Of a stretch of DNA of 64,000 bases, positions 24,951 to 38,442 are shown in pieces. The position numbers and the translations under genes were made by a program. Source of the DNA: Marsupella aquatica (Eukaryota > Plantae > Marchantiophyta); contig OZ316898.1 in assembly GCA_973895155.1 (NCBI GenBank), forward strand, positions 1,463,927-1,527,926, read 5' to 3'. The notes beneath the pieces were generated by a model. That model was not told where the DNA came from. It did not search any database and saw nothing but the letters and a program-made list of their open reading frames with translations. Within the stretch, counting starts at the first letter, position 1; each line of letters opens with the position of its first letter.

Positions 24951-25796
24951 CTCTTCTCCTCCTTCTCTCCTCCCGCTCAGTAGCACTCAGGTTTCGTCCT
25001 CAAACCAACTGAACTTACAATACGCCCCAAAGACAAGCAGACTATGCGTTAAACGCAGCGTCCTCGATCAATTCCGCTTCTAGAACCGATGGTGGCAGAA
25101 TTATTCAAGCGATGAAGGGCATGCACGGAGAAAGAGTGCTCTCTCTCCAGTACAGTGCAGTAGTGGCTCAGCAGCGACAAAGCACGAAGCAGAACGGAGA
25201 AATGGAAAGGTGGGTTGTATCTTGGAGAACGGCTCGGCTTGCTCTGCATGGAGAAGGAGCTCGTGGACACGCTGCCGAACAGAACAGAACTCACTGGGGC
25301 AAAGAGATCAATCTTTCCACATCACCATGTCATACACAACGAGGTCAAGCAATCATCACCCTCTCGACTGTGTGTGAACTACAGTAGTGGATCGCTTTGA
25401 GGTCATCCTTCTGTATGATCGTCTTGTTGTTCACACTGGGATCGAGACAGACAATCATGGCTGGGAACGAAGATCGGAAGATGAGGTGCTTGAGCTGGCA
25501 CTACCATGGATGCTTAATCCTGCATACTGAAGAAGTATATGGCCCAGGCTTAAGTCCAGCGCGTGAATCCAGGCTCTTGGGGCCACACCTTTTTATTTAT
25601 TTATTATTTTATTTTGGAGTTGGGCCCACTTTCGAAACAGCGCTAAATGTTTACATTAATGCCCTTGCAACATCACCTTGTGGGCCATACTGCCCCCCAA
25701 AATGAGTGCTTTCTTTTTTTTCCTTGAAAACCCAAACCAGGCCCATCCACCATCCAACAACACATCCACCATCCAACAACAGATAGACTTCCTACT

Positions 25797-25940
25797 CTGG
25801 AGCATGCAATTCTATGTAAGGTAGCCACAAGGGGACAATAAAGAGGGATCCAAGAGGGACCAGACCTGGAGCATGCAATTCTATGTAAGGTAGCCACAAG
25901 GGGACAATAAAGAGGGATCAGAGAGGGACCAGACCAGGAG
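25797..25940. repeat. 2 x 69-bp tandem repeat
   Basis: ctggagcatgcaattctatgtaaggtagccacaagggg... at 25797 and 25866. Confidence 0.9.
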
Positions 25941-26959
25941 GGAGAGAGAGAGAACCAATGCTTCCACCATTACACACACATATACCCTTCACACCCTTTG
26001 CATGTGTAAGGGGGATTGAACTTGCAACCTCTTGTCCCCTGGCCAACTGACCAAAGCCAGTCAAAAGTGTAAAAAGGTAAAAAATGAGAGTGTAGTACAG
26101 TCACACTTAGAGCATTGTGAGCCATAATGCTCTGAAAAAAGAGGGAGTTACCTTAGCTGGAGTTCTGAGGGGACTATTATAGCCTATAACTATAAAGCTC
26201 TGGTAACAAGATATTAATACACTTAAGTGCTTAAGAGATGTTTATTTAGAAGTAGAGGAGAGCTTTCATAACTCCCCATGTTTGTTTGATTAGTGTATGC
26301 AGTCCTCTATTGATTACAATAGTATCAACACTTAAACTTCTACCAGTATTACCCTACACTATGTAGTATCACCTTATTGAGTATGTAGAGGACTTCCTTG
26401 CATGGATCATAGAATGATGATCCTCCTTCATCCTCGTGCCATCCCTTTTTGTTTTTGTTTGTCCCATTTGATTCCTTCAAACTTGGATAATCGTGCTATT
26501 GTGTCTCATTCACACTAAACTAAATTCACACTTTAGCTTTATTCCTTCTCTCTGGCCAGATAATTTGAATGACATTTGAATGCAAATTTGAATGACATTT
26601 GAATGGCCAAGATGGTAAAATTGGCGCAACATGTTATTACAGTATTTAATTTTTAATAGTGCCATCCCAGGTTATGCAAAAGTTACACAATACATTTGTT
26701 ATTTTTCATTACAAGACGTAATGACAAAAAAAATCATTGTCAAAACATTCATTACCAAAACATCATGTCACTGTCAAGTGTCAATACCATGTTTTTGACA
26801 ATGACCAGTATGTTTAGAACATCCTTAAGAATTACACTACTGAATTCTTTGAAGGTTTCACATGAACCCCAAAATATTTTGTGCAGGGGGCCCAAAATTG
26901 CAATATTTATTTATTTATTGCGCCAACTGAGATGCCTCCATGGCAAACTAAAAAATTGG

Positions 26960-27617
26960 GTTTACTCCTGACAGTAACCAAACCCTATAGCCTGGATACC
27001 CAAACCCTGTAATCTGGATATTTACTCGTTACAGTAACCAAACCATGTAACATTTGGATATGATTCTATACAAACCCTGTAACGTTTGCATATCTGTTTA
27101 CACAAACCCATGTAACATTTTGATGTTCGCTTACACATCCCTGTAACGTTTGGATGAACCAAACCTTATAACCCACATATTTACTCCTTACAGGAACCAA
27201 ACCCTGTAACGTTTGCATATGTGTTTACACAACCCTGTAACATTTGGATATTTGCTTACACAATCCCTGTAACATTTGGATATTCGCTTACACAATTCCT
27301 GTAACGTTTGGATGATCCCCTAAACCCTGATATTTACTCCTAACAGAAACCAAACCCTGACACCCTGATATTTACTCCTAGCAGCAACCAAACCCTGTAA
27401 CATTTGGATATGATTTTATACAAACCTTGTAACATTTGGATATGATTTTATACAAACCCTGTAACGTTTTGGATATGCGTTCACACAAACCCTGTAATGT
27501 TTGTACATTCGTTTACACAAACCCATGTAATGTTTTGATGTTCGCTTACACAATCCCTGTAACGTTTGGATGTTCGCTTACACAATCCCTGTAACGTTTG
27601 AATATGCGCTTACACAG
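26960..27617. repeat. degenerate minisatellite, ~30-33-bp unit (aaaccctgtaacgtttggatat...ttacac)
   Basis: Roughly 20 diverged copies of the cctgtaac(a/g)tttggat core. Confidence 0.88.
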
Positions 27618-27790
27618 TAAGTTGACCCCACTTCCTAAGCAGTCATGGCGGACGAGGGTTTGGGGTTTAATCCCTCTGCCTATCTCTCGTTGTGTCTGCT
27701 GGTGACGATCTTCTCTCTCTCTCCCTCTCTGGTTTCGTTATGGATAGAGAGAGAGAGCGCGCAACGATTCCGACTGCACAAAATAGAGCA

Positions 27791-28018
27791 GTGAGTTTCT
27801 AGGGAGAGAGCTCAAAGATTACGATTGTAATGCACGAAAGAGAGGAGTGAGTTTCTAGTGAGAGAGCTCAAAGATTACGATTGTAATGCGCGAAAGAGAG
27901 GAGTGAGTTTCTAGTGAGAGAGCTCAAAGATTACGATTGTAATGCACGGAAGAGAGGAGTGAGTTTCTAGAGATAGATCTGAAAGATTGGTGGTGCACGG
28001 AAGAGAGGAGTGAGTTTC
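27791..28018. repeat. ~4 x 56-bp tandem repeat just upstream of MurE
   Basis: gtgagtttctag...aagattacgattgtaatgc...agagaggag at 27791, 27847, 27903 and 27959. Confidence 0.9.
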
Positions 28019-28064
28019 GTTTAGGATAGGGAGAGCGAGAGCCCAGAAAATAGAGGAGTGATTG

Positions 28065-31000
28065 ATGATGAATTCAGCTCGCGTTCTCGGCGGCGAGGCC
28101 GCAAATGCAGCCGGTCCTTCACATCTGCTGCTCGCCAGGTGCAGCAGACCTCTGAGGCTCAAGCACAAATGTCTGCTGCAATTCTCACGCACCGAAAAAT
28201 TCCTCTCCCTTGAGGCGAAGGCGTCTAGGATGATCATCAGGGGAGCGGGCCGCGCTGCCGCCAGCACGGCTGTCTTCGAGGAGGAACTCCAGAAACCGAG
28301 AATGTGGAGTGGACGCTTTGAGAAATCCGTGAAGCCTCCTGCTGCTGTGACGTCCATTTGCTTTGTTGTGCCGAAGAATAGACGAGAATTTGACGAGTTC
28401 ATCGACCCTGCGAAGCAAGATCCTCCTGAAATGGACGAGGACGAAAATCTCACGAAATTCGACAAAGTGGCCAGGGAGACTGCGAGAGTTCGAAAATCGC
28501 AGGAGGCGGAGTACAAGAGGACCCAACCTATTTTCCTCAAGGCTATTGGCATTGATCCTGATGAGTACGAGGGGCCTCCAGGCGTAGACGGGGAAGAGGA
28601 AGATGGTGATGCAGAAGTGGTCGAGGAGGAGGTGAATGATCTCGTTGGTGAGACTGGAAATGAGAACGACGACTTTTACAGCGTGCTAGATAGGGCTGTG
28701 GCAAATATGAAACGGCCAATTGCTAGGAGAAAGGCAAAGGCAGCGCAGGGGGGACGCACAAGAGCAAAGGATGCGTTGACAGCAGATGAGCTTGACGAAG
28801 AAGTGGTTGATTTCGACGGTGATGAGATTCAGGCAGACGAGGACGAAGACCTGGACGAAGTGGAGGAGAATGTAGAAGACGAAGACGACATCCTCGGGGC
28901 ACTGCAGTTTGACGAAAATTCTCTTGACCCGAAATACCAGGACGAATTTCTGGAAGACGAAGAAGACAATGAAGATAGTGAAGCATTTTTCAGGATGACT
29001 TTGGCCGAGCTCTTGGACGAGGCGAAAGTCACACCCTTAGCTGTTGAAGGGGATTTGGATGTCGAAATAACTGGTATCCAGCACGATTCTCGAGAGGTCA
29101 ATCCCGGGGACATGTTTGTTTGCTGCAAGGGGTTGACTTCGGATGGCCATCTACACACTTCCGAAGCAATAGAGAGAGGGGCATCGGTATTGGTTGTCAG
29201 TAAGGAAGTTACTTTAGGCAAGAGTGTGAGCGCTGTAATTGTCGTGGAGGACACGAACTCGGTTCTGTCAGCTCTTGCTGGGGCATTTTACGGCCACCCT
29301 TCTCACAAGTTAGCTGTTATTGGGATCACGGGAACGAATGGGAAGACTACTACTTCAACTCTACTGCGGAGTATGTACGAGGCTATGGGGCGCAGGACTG
29401 GTCTGTTGGGAACTATTGCTTACTACATCGATAGCAGCACAAAGTTGGATGCTCCGAAAACCACACCAGATGCCGTATATCTACAGCAACTGATGGCAAA
29501 AATGGTCCATAGTGGAACTGAAACCTGTGTTATGGAAGTGTCATCTCATGCCTTAGCGCTCGACAGGTGCAAGGAAGTGGACTTTGATGTAGCTGTGTTC
29601 ACAAATTTGACTAGAGACCACTTGGACTTTCACTTAACCGAAGAAGAGTACAGGACAGCCAAAGGTAAGCTTTTTGCTAAGATGGTTGATCCCGTCAAGC
29701 ACCGTAAAGTTGTGAACATTGATGACTCAAATGCTCCATACTTCATTGCCCAAGGTAATGTTGATGTCCCAGTGGTGACGTATGCATTAGAGAATACTGA
29801 TGCTGATGTTTATCCACTGGAGGTTCAGCTTTCGCTCTTCGAGACTGAGTTGCTGGTCAGAACTCCCAATGGCAATATCGAGATATCTTCAGGTTTGTTA
29901 GGGAGACACAATGTGTACAACATTCTTGCAGCAGTTGCTGTAGGAATTGCTGTTGAGGCTCCCTTAAAGGATATCGTAAGGGGCATCGAGGAAGTTGATG
30001 CAGTACCTGGTCGCTGTGAACTCATAGACGAGGAGCAGGCATTTGCAGTGATTGTTGATTATGCACATACACCTGATGCCCTAGCAAGGCTACTGGATAC
30101 TGTCAGAGAATGTGGAGCACAACGAATTGTAACAGGTGTTGCTACCTAGACTCAATTCAATTCAATTCAACGCAATTCAATGCAATGCAAGTCCATTCAA
30201 TTCAATTGTTGGGCGGGGTGGTAGAGTAATGCTGATGTCTTCTTCTGGCTGTGGTATGCAGTGGTTGGCTGTGGAGGTGACCGAGACAAAGGAAAGCGTC
30301 CTATGATGGCAAAAATAGCGACCGACAAAAGTGATGTGTGTATTTTCACTTCAGATAATCCAAGAACAGAAGAGCCCCGTAAGTCACTACCACGTAGTCT
30401 TTGAGAGCATTCAGTTTACTACAAGTAGATCCATTTTGTCAGGCCCTGGTAAAGGAAGGGTCCGAGGGTTCGTCATCTAATTTTGAGCACGGTCGTGTTT
30501 CGTGTAGTTTTGGGGGTGAGACATACTCTTGACATCAAAAGCACCGCGAGATACAATTTCATATCTGATGTTCCGTCTGCCATCATGTCTGCAGTGGACA
30601 TCTTGGATGACATGCTGGCAGGAGTTGGTTGGTCGATGGCCGAGTACTTGAAGTGGGGAGAAACAGACTATTACCCACCACTTCCAAATGGACACAGGCT
30701 TTTTGTCTATGATATCCGAACCATTGCTGTACGAGCTGGTGTTGCAATGGGAGAAGAGGGCGACGCTGTGGTAAAGAACAAAATCTAGAATCAACCTTCA
30801 TGTGATAGTCGGAAGGTTGATGAAGTCTACTTTCTAATCCACATGTTATTGCCAGGGGACGTTTCCTGAGTCAATTTGACTACCTGCTAGTAATGTTTCA
30901 CTACCCAGGGCTGTTTCCTGAAGGGGACTAAGAAGGCCCACTCTGTTCAGGACTAAGGTCTTTTCATGTCAACAATAATTGACAGTAATGGTCGTTGGTT

Positions 31001-31472
31001 TCCTACTGAAATTTTCGCAATGGGTAAATGCAGGTTATCGCTGGGAAAGGGCATGAAACCTACCAAATTATCGGAACAGAGCAACAGTATTTTGATGACA
31101 GAGATGAGTGCCGAGAAGCCCTACAGCATTTGGATGCTCTACATGCTGCGGGTGTGGACACAAGTGAATTCCCTTGGAGGTATTGACCCACATTCATCTT
31201 ATTTTCTGTTTGTAGCTTGTGTTGTAATGACACCCTGTAGCTACATCTTGTTGTAGTTCTGTTGGTTCTGTATGTAAAGTTTGTTGGATTACATGAAATC
31301 TTAATCAAGAATTGAATGCACAACTCTCTAGACATCATAGTGATTTTCGTCATGGCCTGTGTCCGAGTTGTTGGACATACGGCGGCTTTTATCTTTCCTG
31401 TGCACTTATCTTTTTTCGAGTCATCCTTATCATGGCGGTTTGTGCGTTGACAGGGTTCTGGAAAGCAATTAA
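28065..31472 (+). CDS. MurE: plastid MurE homolog, long form with acidic N-terminal extension (PAP11-like); exons 28065-30135, 30262-30378, 30595-30770, 31034-31179, 31454-31472
   Basis: Mur ligase motifs [73 protein letters not shown] and [10 protein letters not shown]; plant-type tail EFPWR(VLESN). GT-AG introns and a transit-peptide-like start. Without the last intron the ORF would stop at 31186. Confidence 0.93.
30152..30207. repeat. (TTCAA)n microsatellite in MurE intron 1
   Basis: tcaattcaattcaattcaacgcaattcaatgcaatgcaa... Confidence 0.8.
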
Positions 31473-31800
31473 TATCATCATGTGAAGAATTTTATTCTTC
31501 ACCGGCATTCATTGGTTGTGTACAATATAGTTAAGAGTTTAAATGAGTAGCACGGGATAGCCAGTACATTGATAGAAACTGTTACCGTCGGCCAGCCACA
31601 GGATGTGAGAAAATGGGCGAAGCGACTGGTACGTATAGAGGTCACTTTTTGAGACTTCGTTTCCAAGGATCTGCTGAATGCTCAGCTTATCCCGGGATAA
31701 AATTGGTCCCTTGGCTGCCAGGGCATGAAATTTGTCTCACTATTTTTTGGAAGATGTCTCCTTTGCCAACTGCAAAGGTGGTTTTACATAACAGTTAATC

Positions 31801-31977
31801 CATAGGCTTGGTATGCTGGAAAGACTGTTGTAAGGATATCATCAATGCGAGTAACAACTCCAAATTCGAGAATTTATGTGGACTGAGCATAGGCTTGGTA
31901 TGCTGGAAGGACTATTGTAAGGATATCATCAATGCGAGTAACAACTCCAAATTCGAGGATTTATGTGGACTGAGCAC
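31801..31977. repeat. 2 x 87-bp tandem repeat
   Basis: cataggcttggtatgctggaa... at 31801 and 31888. Confidence 0.9.
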
Positions 31978-33906
31978 TCTTGAAGTCCTAAGATCTTTTG
32001 TCCAAGAGACTTATCTGATGAATTCTGGGGTTGTGACAGTAATTTAATGAGGAATGGGGGCTGAGAGCCATGGATTGAAGAGCGAAGGCACTATGTCAAA
32101 AGGTCCAAGGATATGCGCTCTTTAAATTCCGAAACAAATACAAAGAAACGAAGTGTTTTAACACTTCAGATTTATGATCCTTCCTTATTTCCCTTGGTTA
32201 AGCAATGCTTGTCCCTTTTTGCAAAAAGGAAACCGAACATTAGCAGTGCGAAGGAGACCAAAAATATTACCAAGCTACAGTAGAGCTATCAGAAATCTTC
32301 ACTCGACAAAATAGACACAAATTTTCACAATCTAGAGTCCTAGACAAACAAAAAACTTAATGCTAGGACACTTTGGAGGGTTCTAGCATCCAAACGTTTC
32401 TATTACCAGAGTTAGGCAGTAACAAATTCCCAGAAAAGAATACTTAACTCTCTGTATAATTACTCTCTGTATAATTATTGAATACAACAGTGTAAATAAT
32501 GGGAATGTTGCATCTTGAACAATACTAACGACCGCTAAAAACACAAAGCACCGACCACTAAAACACAAACTGTTAAGGCAGAACAAATCCCACGGCCGCT
32601 GTTGTACATCATAAGAGGCAAAAGAGAGCAAATCAATGTTAATATACTTCACGTGGGAAAAAGTGTAAAAGCCACCACAGACCATACCGCCGCCGGACAC
32701 CTTACAAAAGCCATGACGAGGATTTGACGACAGCGCAAACAAAAACTGATCAAGTCGTGACAAAGCATGCCGCCGCCGGACACCTTATCACCAATGACAA
32801 GGATTCGACTGGACTTCATGACAGTGCAAAATAATACTAGAGCTTATAGGGAACAATCTTGAAAGACTGGAGACTAGAAGGAAGAAATTTTACTCGCATT
32901 TCACGGAAACGAGATGGCGTCTAAAGTCTTTGACAAGGATATCTAAGTTATAACAAAATTTTCCAAGATGTGTATTATATATGCTGTATATGTTCATCAT
33001 ACAGTTCTTTCATGAAATCGGCATGGTTTCGAAGACTCCACGAGAGTTGACTGCTTTCCTATGTCCTCTACCTCATTAACCGTCTTCCACCAGAGAATTC
33101 TATCAAGTGGAGCCTTTCGACCTTCGTTATCCATCTCCATCTTCTACACAAAAGCATAGACACTATAACTCTGCCTCGGCAACTACATCCACCTGTGGCT
33201 CCGAAAGATGGCCTTCAAATCTCACGTTCTAGTCTTACAAAAAGACACGTTGAGCGCACAAAACTCCTTAGGGTTAATTTATATGCCGGTCCACATTTCG
33301 AACTACTTCTCCACTCGTCGTTGAGAGTCGTCCCAACTTCAATCTTACAAAGTTCTACCTTTCAACCGTACTTGCTGTTGTTGAGAGTCATCCCAACCTT
33401 CACTATGCTACCTCCTATAACTAGTACCAACGCTAGTGTCAATGTCTCTACTAATGCAATACAAGGACGCCGCATGATCTTGGTCCATCCCGCATACATC
33501 CCGCATGACGAGCAAAAAGGGACACCCAAACGATGACGATCGCTGACCAACCTGTACATAGCTCCGATAGAACTGCATGCTGTGCTGCTCTTGCACAAGA
33601 ACGAGTCATTCATTCACTCTGAATCTCCTTTCACAATGTGGCACAGGTCAAGAATCACCTTAACGATAGTCATTCTTGTGTTTCCCGCTGTAAAGCCTGC
33701 ACCAAGGGAGGCGAGCACGCCACCAGGCCAAAATTACTCACCATACTTACAGTAAGCCAGGCTATAACATGGCCCCTCTGAATTGATGGGACCGGATCAT
33801 AAGGATCCTCAATGTATGTATATAATGCGCTCCTACAAAAAATGACCTTGCCCCAGCTTACTAAAGGGCAATGGTCGCCACGGGATCGGATTTCATTGCA
33901 TCGACG

Positions 33907-35282
33907 TCACTTGTCCAGGGCAGATATGACTACCCTGCAATTCATACATACAGAGACCGATTTGGTCCTACGTCTATTAGATCGCGTGCTCTGAGAAAAG
34001 GAGACTACCACACTGTGCAGCTTAAGAAAAGCTACTTGCACAATGGGCAATGTTTCACTCAGACAAGACGCATGAGGAGCGAGCTTCATTGCAGAAGGTC
34101 GGCATACTCACCAGTCGTACACAGTGGGAGAAGACGAATTGGGACTGACGTTGTCGAATTTAGCAGACCCCATGGTCTTCAGTGCTCGATTCTGACCAGG
34201 GTGGAAGACACTGCGCCAGATGTTGTCTTTCTCCCTCGTGGCTGTTGATCACAGACAAAGCATCACGCTTAGCACGTTGGTCTCGACCAGCTTGTGGTAC
34301 TATGAGTTCCTCCATATTACATTAAAGTACTTAAGACGGTGTGTTGACGGTGTGTTGGACTCCCGGTTGGACTAGGAGAGGAAGGCAACGACACTGAACT
34401 GGGCTTTTCTATACTCGGTGCCTGCTTTACCACAGCATCGAAAGAATGACGTCGCTTCATTCTACACACATACTTACCAGGAGAAGCCGTAGGACTCGAT
34501 GCCACGGGTGAAGCAACCGGGGATTCTGTGCTGGAGTCAAAACTGGTGCGAATCGTAGGAGGCTTCTTGATCGAGATACTCTGAGTCATACGACGCGCTT
34601 CATCTTCACGTTGCGCGAACTCTCCACTGAGGCGGCGATCCATTATACTTTGAACTGATTCAGATCCAGCTGCAACATCCGGCGTGGATGGAGACGGTCA
34701 GAGTCGTCAAGATGAGGCTATTGAACTATTGAGGATGCACGAGGTGCAATCAAGATCGAGAGCACAATCGAGAGCAAATAGAAGGCAAGCTAAGCAAGCA
34801 GCTCGATGCAAAAGCACACACAACAACCGGACAAGGAGTCCTATAGTGCATCGAGAGAACGTCGCGATACGCAAGTAAGCGCCAAGTACGGGCAACATAT
34901 TTAAGAGCTTTACTCTAACAAAGCGTAGAGGCAACCAGAGACGACCAGAGACCATCGGAGGCAGTCAGACGATACAATTGAAACACTCCCTGAGGAGTCC
35001 ACTATCTTTATAGAGCAGACAGAAGACACAGCACGAGACATCAACTCAACGCAGTCAATTTAAATTAAGGAACATTCGCAGCTCATTACAAAAGAGGTAC
35101 ACCAACCAATATATTCACGATGAAAGCCACGGGGAAAGCCACAGAACTCAAAAACTCACAGCATGGCGAGTAAATGCAGTACCTTCTTGTGGACCGCCTT
35201 GTTTGTGTCGTAGTTTTCCAAGCCCCTTCGTCGGCTGAGGTCCCGCAACAACATCATCCCACAGTTTATCCAGAAGGCCCAT
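33907..35282 (-). CDS. dormancy/auxin-associated (DRM1/ARP family) protein, 149 aa; exons 35282-35183, 34669-34478, 34241-34112, 33934-33907
   Basis: Family motifs MGLLDKLWDDVVAGPQPTKGLGKLR, DNIWRSVFHPG and SPTVYDWVVISALDK*; the exons sum to 450 nt with GT-AG introns. Confidence 0.9.
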
Positions 35283-36949
35283 CTTCAAAGCTAACCGTCG
35301 GGCCGAATCAGTCCGTCTGGGACAGCTCTCCGGTAGTCACGGCTTGCAGTGTACACTTTCTCGAGAACTTCCGATGCAGCTCAGCGAGCAACGAGCGAGA
35401 CGACGTCCTCCAAACGTCAGCCTTCGATCAAATCAATTTCACGAAACATCAGCCTTTAATCAAATCAAAATCACAATTGATACTGGGGGGATCGCAAATC
35501 TAAGAAAACCACGACAACGTAAGACTCCAGCGGCGTCAGAGACAATATGATGCAAGTCTACGAGGATCGTCCGAGAATCGAAGAAACGGAACGAGCGAAC
35601 CCACACAGAGAGACACGAACTCACGAAGGTCCTCCAGAAGCGAATGGAGAGAGCACGTACAGATTGCAGCACGGGAAGGTCGAGGGCTAGAGCAGTAATT
35701 GAGAATCGCAGTCCCGGCAACTGAGCGTTTTGCGGGCCGTGTTGCGTTTTATATAATTCTACAGGACTGTACAGAAGTACTGGATAAGCTCCAAGGCTGT
35801 GACTGTGTATCTCAGCGCAGTAATCAATACGCTCAAAGGTCTATCATTCTATGCCCTACGCGGTAACCAAGCGCATTTTACTCATCAAGGACTCAAAACG
35901 CTTTGAACTACCGTACCGAATACCGATGCTGCTTTGCAGCGTCAGCCGGTCCCACACTATCTTAGGAGGGCTTTATCTAACAATTGTTTTCTTTCTCTAC
36001 TATTTTGGGGAAAGGGCATTTATATATATCAAATTGCCCAAAAAACTGGGGCGCTGGACAAGAAAGGCAGATCACACAGGCCAAAAACCCAATCTTATTA
36101 TAAAAGCACAAAGTAAATATACTCTTAAGGGCCTAGCCTAGGGTCAAGAGTGAAGACTACCCATAATACAAAGGAAATCTACTCTTAATAGGGTCTAGAG
36201 TGAAGACTACCCTTAATAGAGACAAAAGTGACATGAGTCTCAATTAAAATAAAAATTTAAATGAGAATAGAACAAATTGATATTGATTTCAAATAAAGAC
36301 AAAATTGAAATGAGCTAGAGAGGAAAAAAACAAGGATGCGACAAAGATTAATTACGGACCCCACTAGAGGTCCCTTCCAAAATTCAAGCCTCCACTGCAC
36401 GCCACTTCATCGAGACGCGCTGCAAACAGGTACGGATTAGTTTACAAAATAAAATTGCTTCAACATTAGTGTCTATGACATGATTTTGGTAAAATTGAGA
36501 ACGCCATATGGTAAATCTTGATGTAAAAATGTTTGAAAAAAAATAGTTTTATTTACCCTAGGTAACAGAGTGTTCAATTATTAGGAGGCTCACTTTCCAT
36601 TTTTTTTACCCTGAGTAACCCTTGCCCAACCCCATTCTGAATTGTTTCAATTGAATAATAACTAAATCTCTTTCGGCAAGTTGATCTGATGACAAAGTAA
36701 TTGTGACAATTTTCTCGACCTTCTCAATCAAAACAGGTGGGGGTCCACAAACTAATTAAAATAGCACAAAAACATTTTTATGCAAGATTGTTTTTCTTCA
36801 TATCTATTTTTATGTTCAAGGAATGGGTAATCAGGCTAGTCAAGGGAAAACAAGAAAAAGGCCAGAAGGCTTAAAAGCCAAAAAGATTGGAAATCCTGGA
36901 GGTCAGTTTCACATAACAAGCATATTCATAATTTTTTGCCCAAATAGCT

Positions 36950-37241
36950 CTTGGGGGATTGATTATCAAAAATCTTAGAAACCACATGTAATCCAAAATA
37001 GGTATTTTGATAGGTATTTTTGATATAAATTAACTAAAAAAATTTAAAAATCAGGAAACAAAACAAGGTAATATAAACTCATGTTTATAGAATATTTTCT
37101 AATATATATTTGTTATAAAATAAATTATTAATATTGAGAAAGAAAAATATTTTTAAAATATTTTATTTATAAAATAGGTCTATTTAATATTAAGCTAGGA
37201 TTGCACATGGTACCCCAAAACACATACTTAGTAACCCCAAG
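36950..37241 (+). mobile_element. AT-rich MITE, copy 1 (~290 bp)
   Basis: Termini cttgggggattgatt ... agtaaccccaag; collinear with three other copies. Confidence 0.75.
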
Positions 37242-37358
37242 AGGAATAGCCCTACATATTCACACGATGAGTTTTCTTGAATTTTAGGAACCATGTGGAA
37301 ATACTTGAGGTGAGTTGCAAAGAACAAGCATATTTAAAGTTTTTTGCCTGAAATAGCC

Positions 37359-37590
37359 CTTTGGGGGTTGATTATCAAAAATATTAGAAACCATGTGCGA
37401 TCCAAAATATATATTTTTCATAGAAATTAACTAAACTTTTTAAAAGCAAAGTAAGCAAAACAAGGTATTATAAACTCATGTTTATAGAATATTCTCTAAT
37501 ATATATATACCTTTTATAAAGTAAAATAGGTTATCAATATTGAAAATGACAAATATTTTTGAAACATTTTCTTTATAAAATAGGTCTATG
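37359..37590 (+). mobile_element. MITE copy 2, 3'-truncated
   Basis: Same 5' terminus and body. It shares the upstream flank (aacaagcatatt...tgcc..aaatagc) with copy 1, implying local tandem duplication. Confidence 0.7.
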
Positions 37591-37814
37591 TATGTTAGCT
37601 TTTGCACACATTGTGAGTCTCAGCATAATTACATCTGACACATATTTGTAACAACCTGAGTTTGATGGATTGATTTGTTTCTTTGTTTATGGATAGTAGA
37701 GTTTTAGACTATCTAAAGTCATCTATATTACTGTAGGTGGGTTAGCTTTATGGAGCGCGCTTGAGTGTGGTACTGTTTAAGGGGTCTGTTTTTGTTTTGT
37801 ACTAAATCTGGTTT

Positions 37815-38441
37815 GGCTTTTGGGCAGCTTTCTTGCGAGATTCTTTCAGGATGTTAGGGTCATTGGTTAGATTATTGGAGACGATCATCTCAAGGATGTG
37901 AGATGAAGATGCCATATATCACGTGTACGGGATTGGACAGTCAGCCCTTCATACCATAGTGGTCTATCTCAGTGATCCAGCTCATCGATTTTACGTTGCC
38001 TCATGTCTTGCCAAGGGACCATTGCAATTTGGTGCGGTCAACCTAGAGCCTTGTGACCCCATGCTACAGTTTGATGCACCACCACTTAGTGCTGGAGTTG
38101 TACCTTGGATGGATTACCAATGGGGCCTCATGTTGGAGTCGAACGCCATCTTGAGAGCCTACCACGTTCTTTGGGCTGCTATATTTGCCCATGGAGCCCC
38201 TCTTATCCTGATTGGACCACCAGTCTACTTGTCGTTCATAAGCCTATTTTTTCATCACTCTACCATCGCATTCCATGCTGTTGTTGCTTGAATTTCTATT
38301 CCGGGACCTGGATTTTGTCCCTTCATCTACTCCCAGCCTGCAAGGACAATACTAGGGGCAGTTCATCCTTATGCCAATTGCGTTGTCAGCATCATTGTCC
38401 CCTAAGGGTGAGGTGAGTGCACACTAAGTTGTGACTGTGAA
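37815..38441 (+). pseudogene. second, stop-interrupted copy of the unknown ORF family at 4161-4730
   Basis: Collinear translation with in-frame stops (e.g. TGA at about 37898-37900 and 38289-38291); shared 3' tail gaggtgagt.cacactaagtt..gactgtgaa. Confidence 0.7.
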
Positions 38442-38442
38442 G

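Noticed and set aside
26960-27617. CRISPR-like array or interstitial telomere
   Set aside because: The units are contiguous and degenerate with no unique spacers or cas genes; the core is aaaccctgtaac, not tandem CCCTAAA.
27911-30025. Antisense ORFs over MurE (and similar ones over the SpoU, TKL and ADPRM genes)
   Set aside because: Shadow frames of real coding sequence with no independent motifs.
28065-31472. Bacterial contamination or recent HGT of murE
   Set aside because: It has spliceosomal introns, a transit-peptide-like start and plant-specific termini; plastid MurE is a known plant gene.
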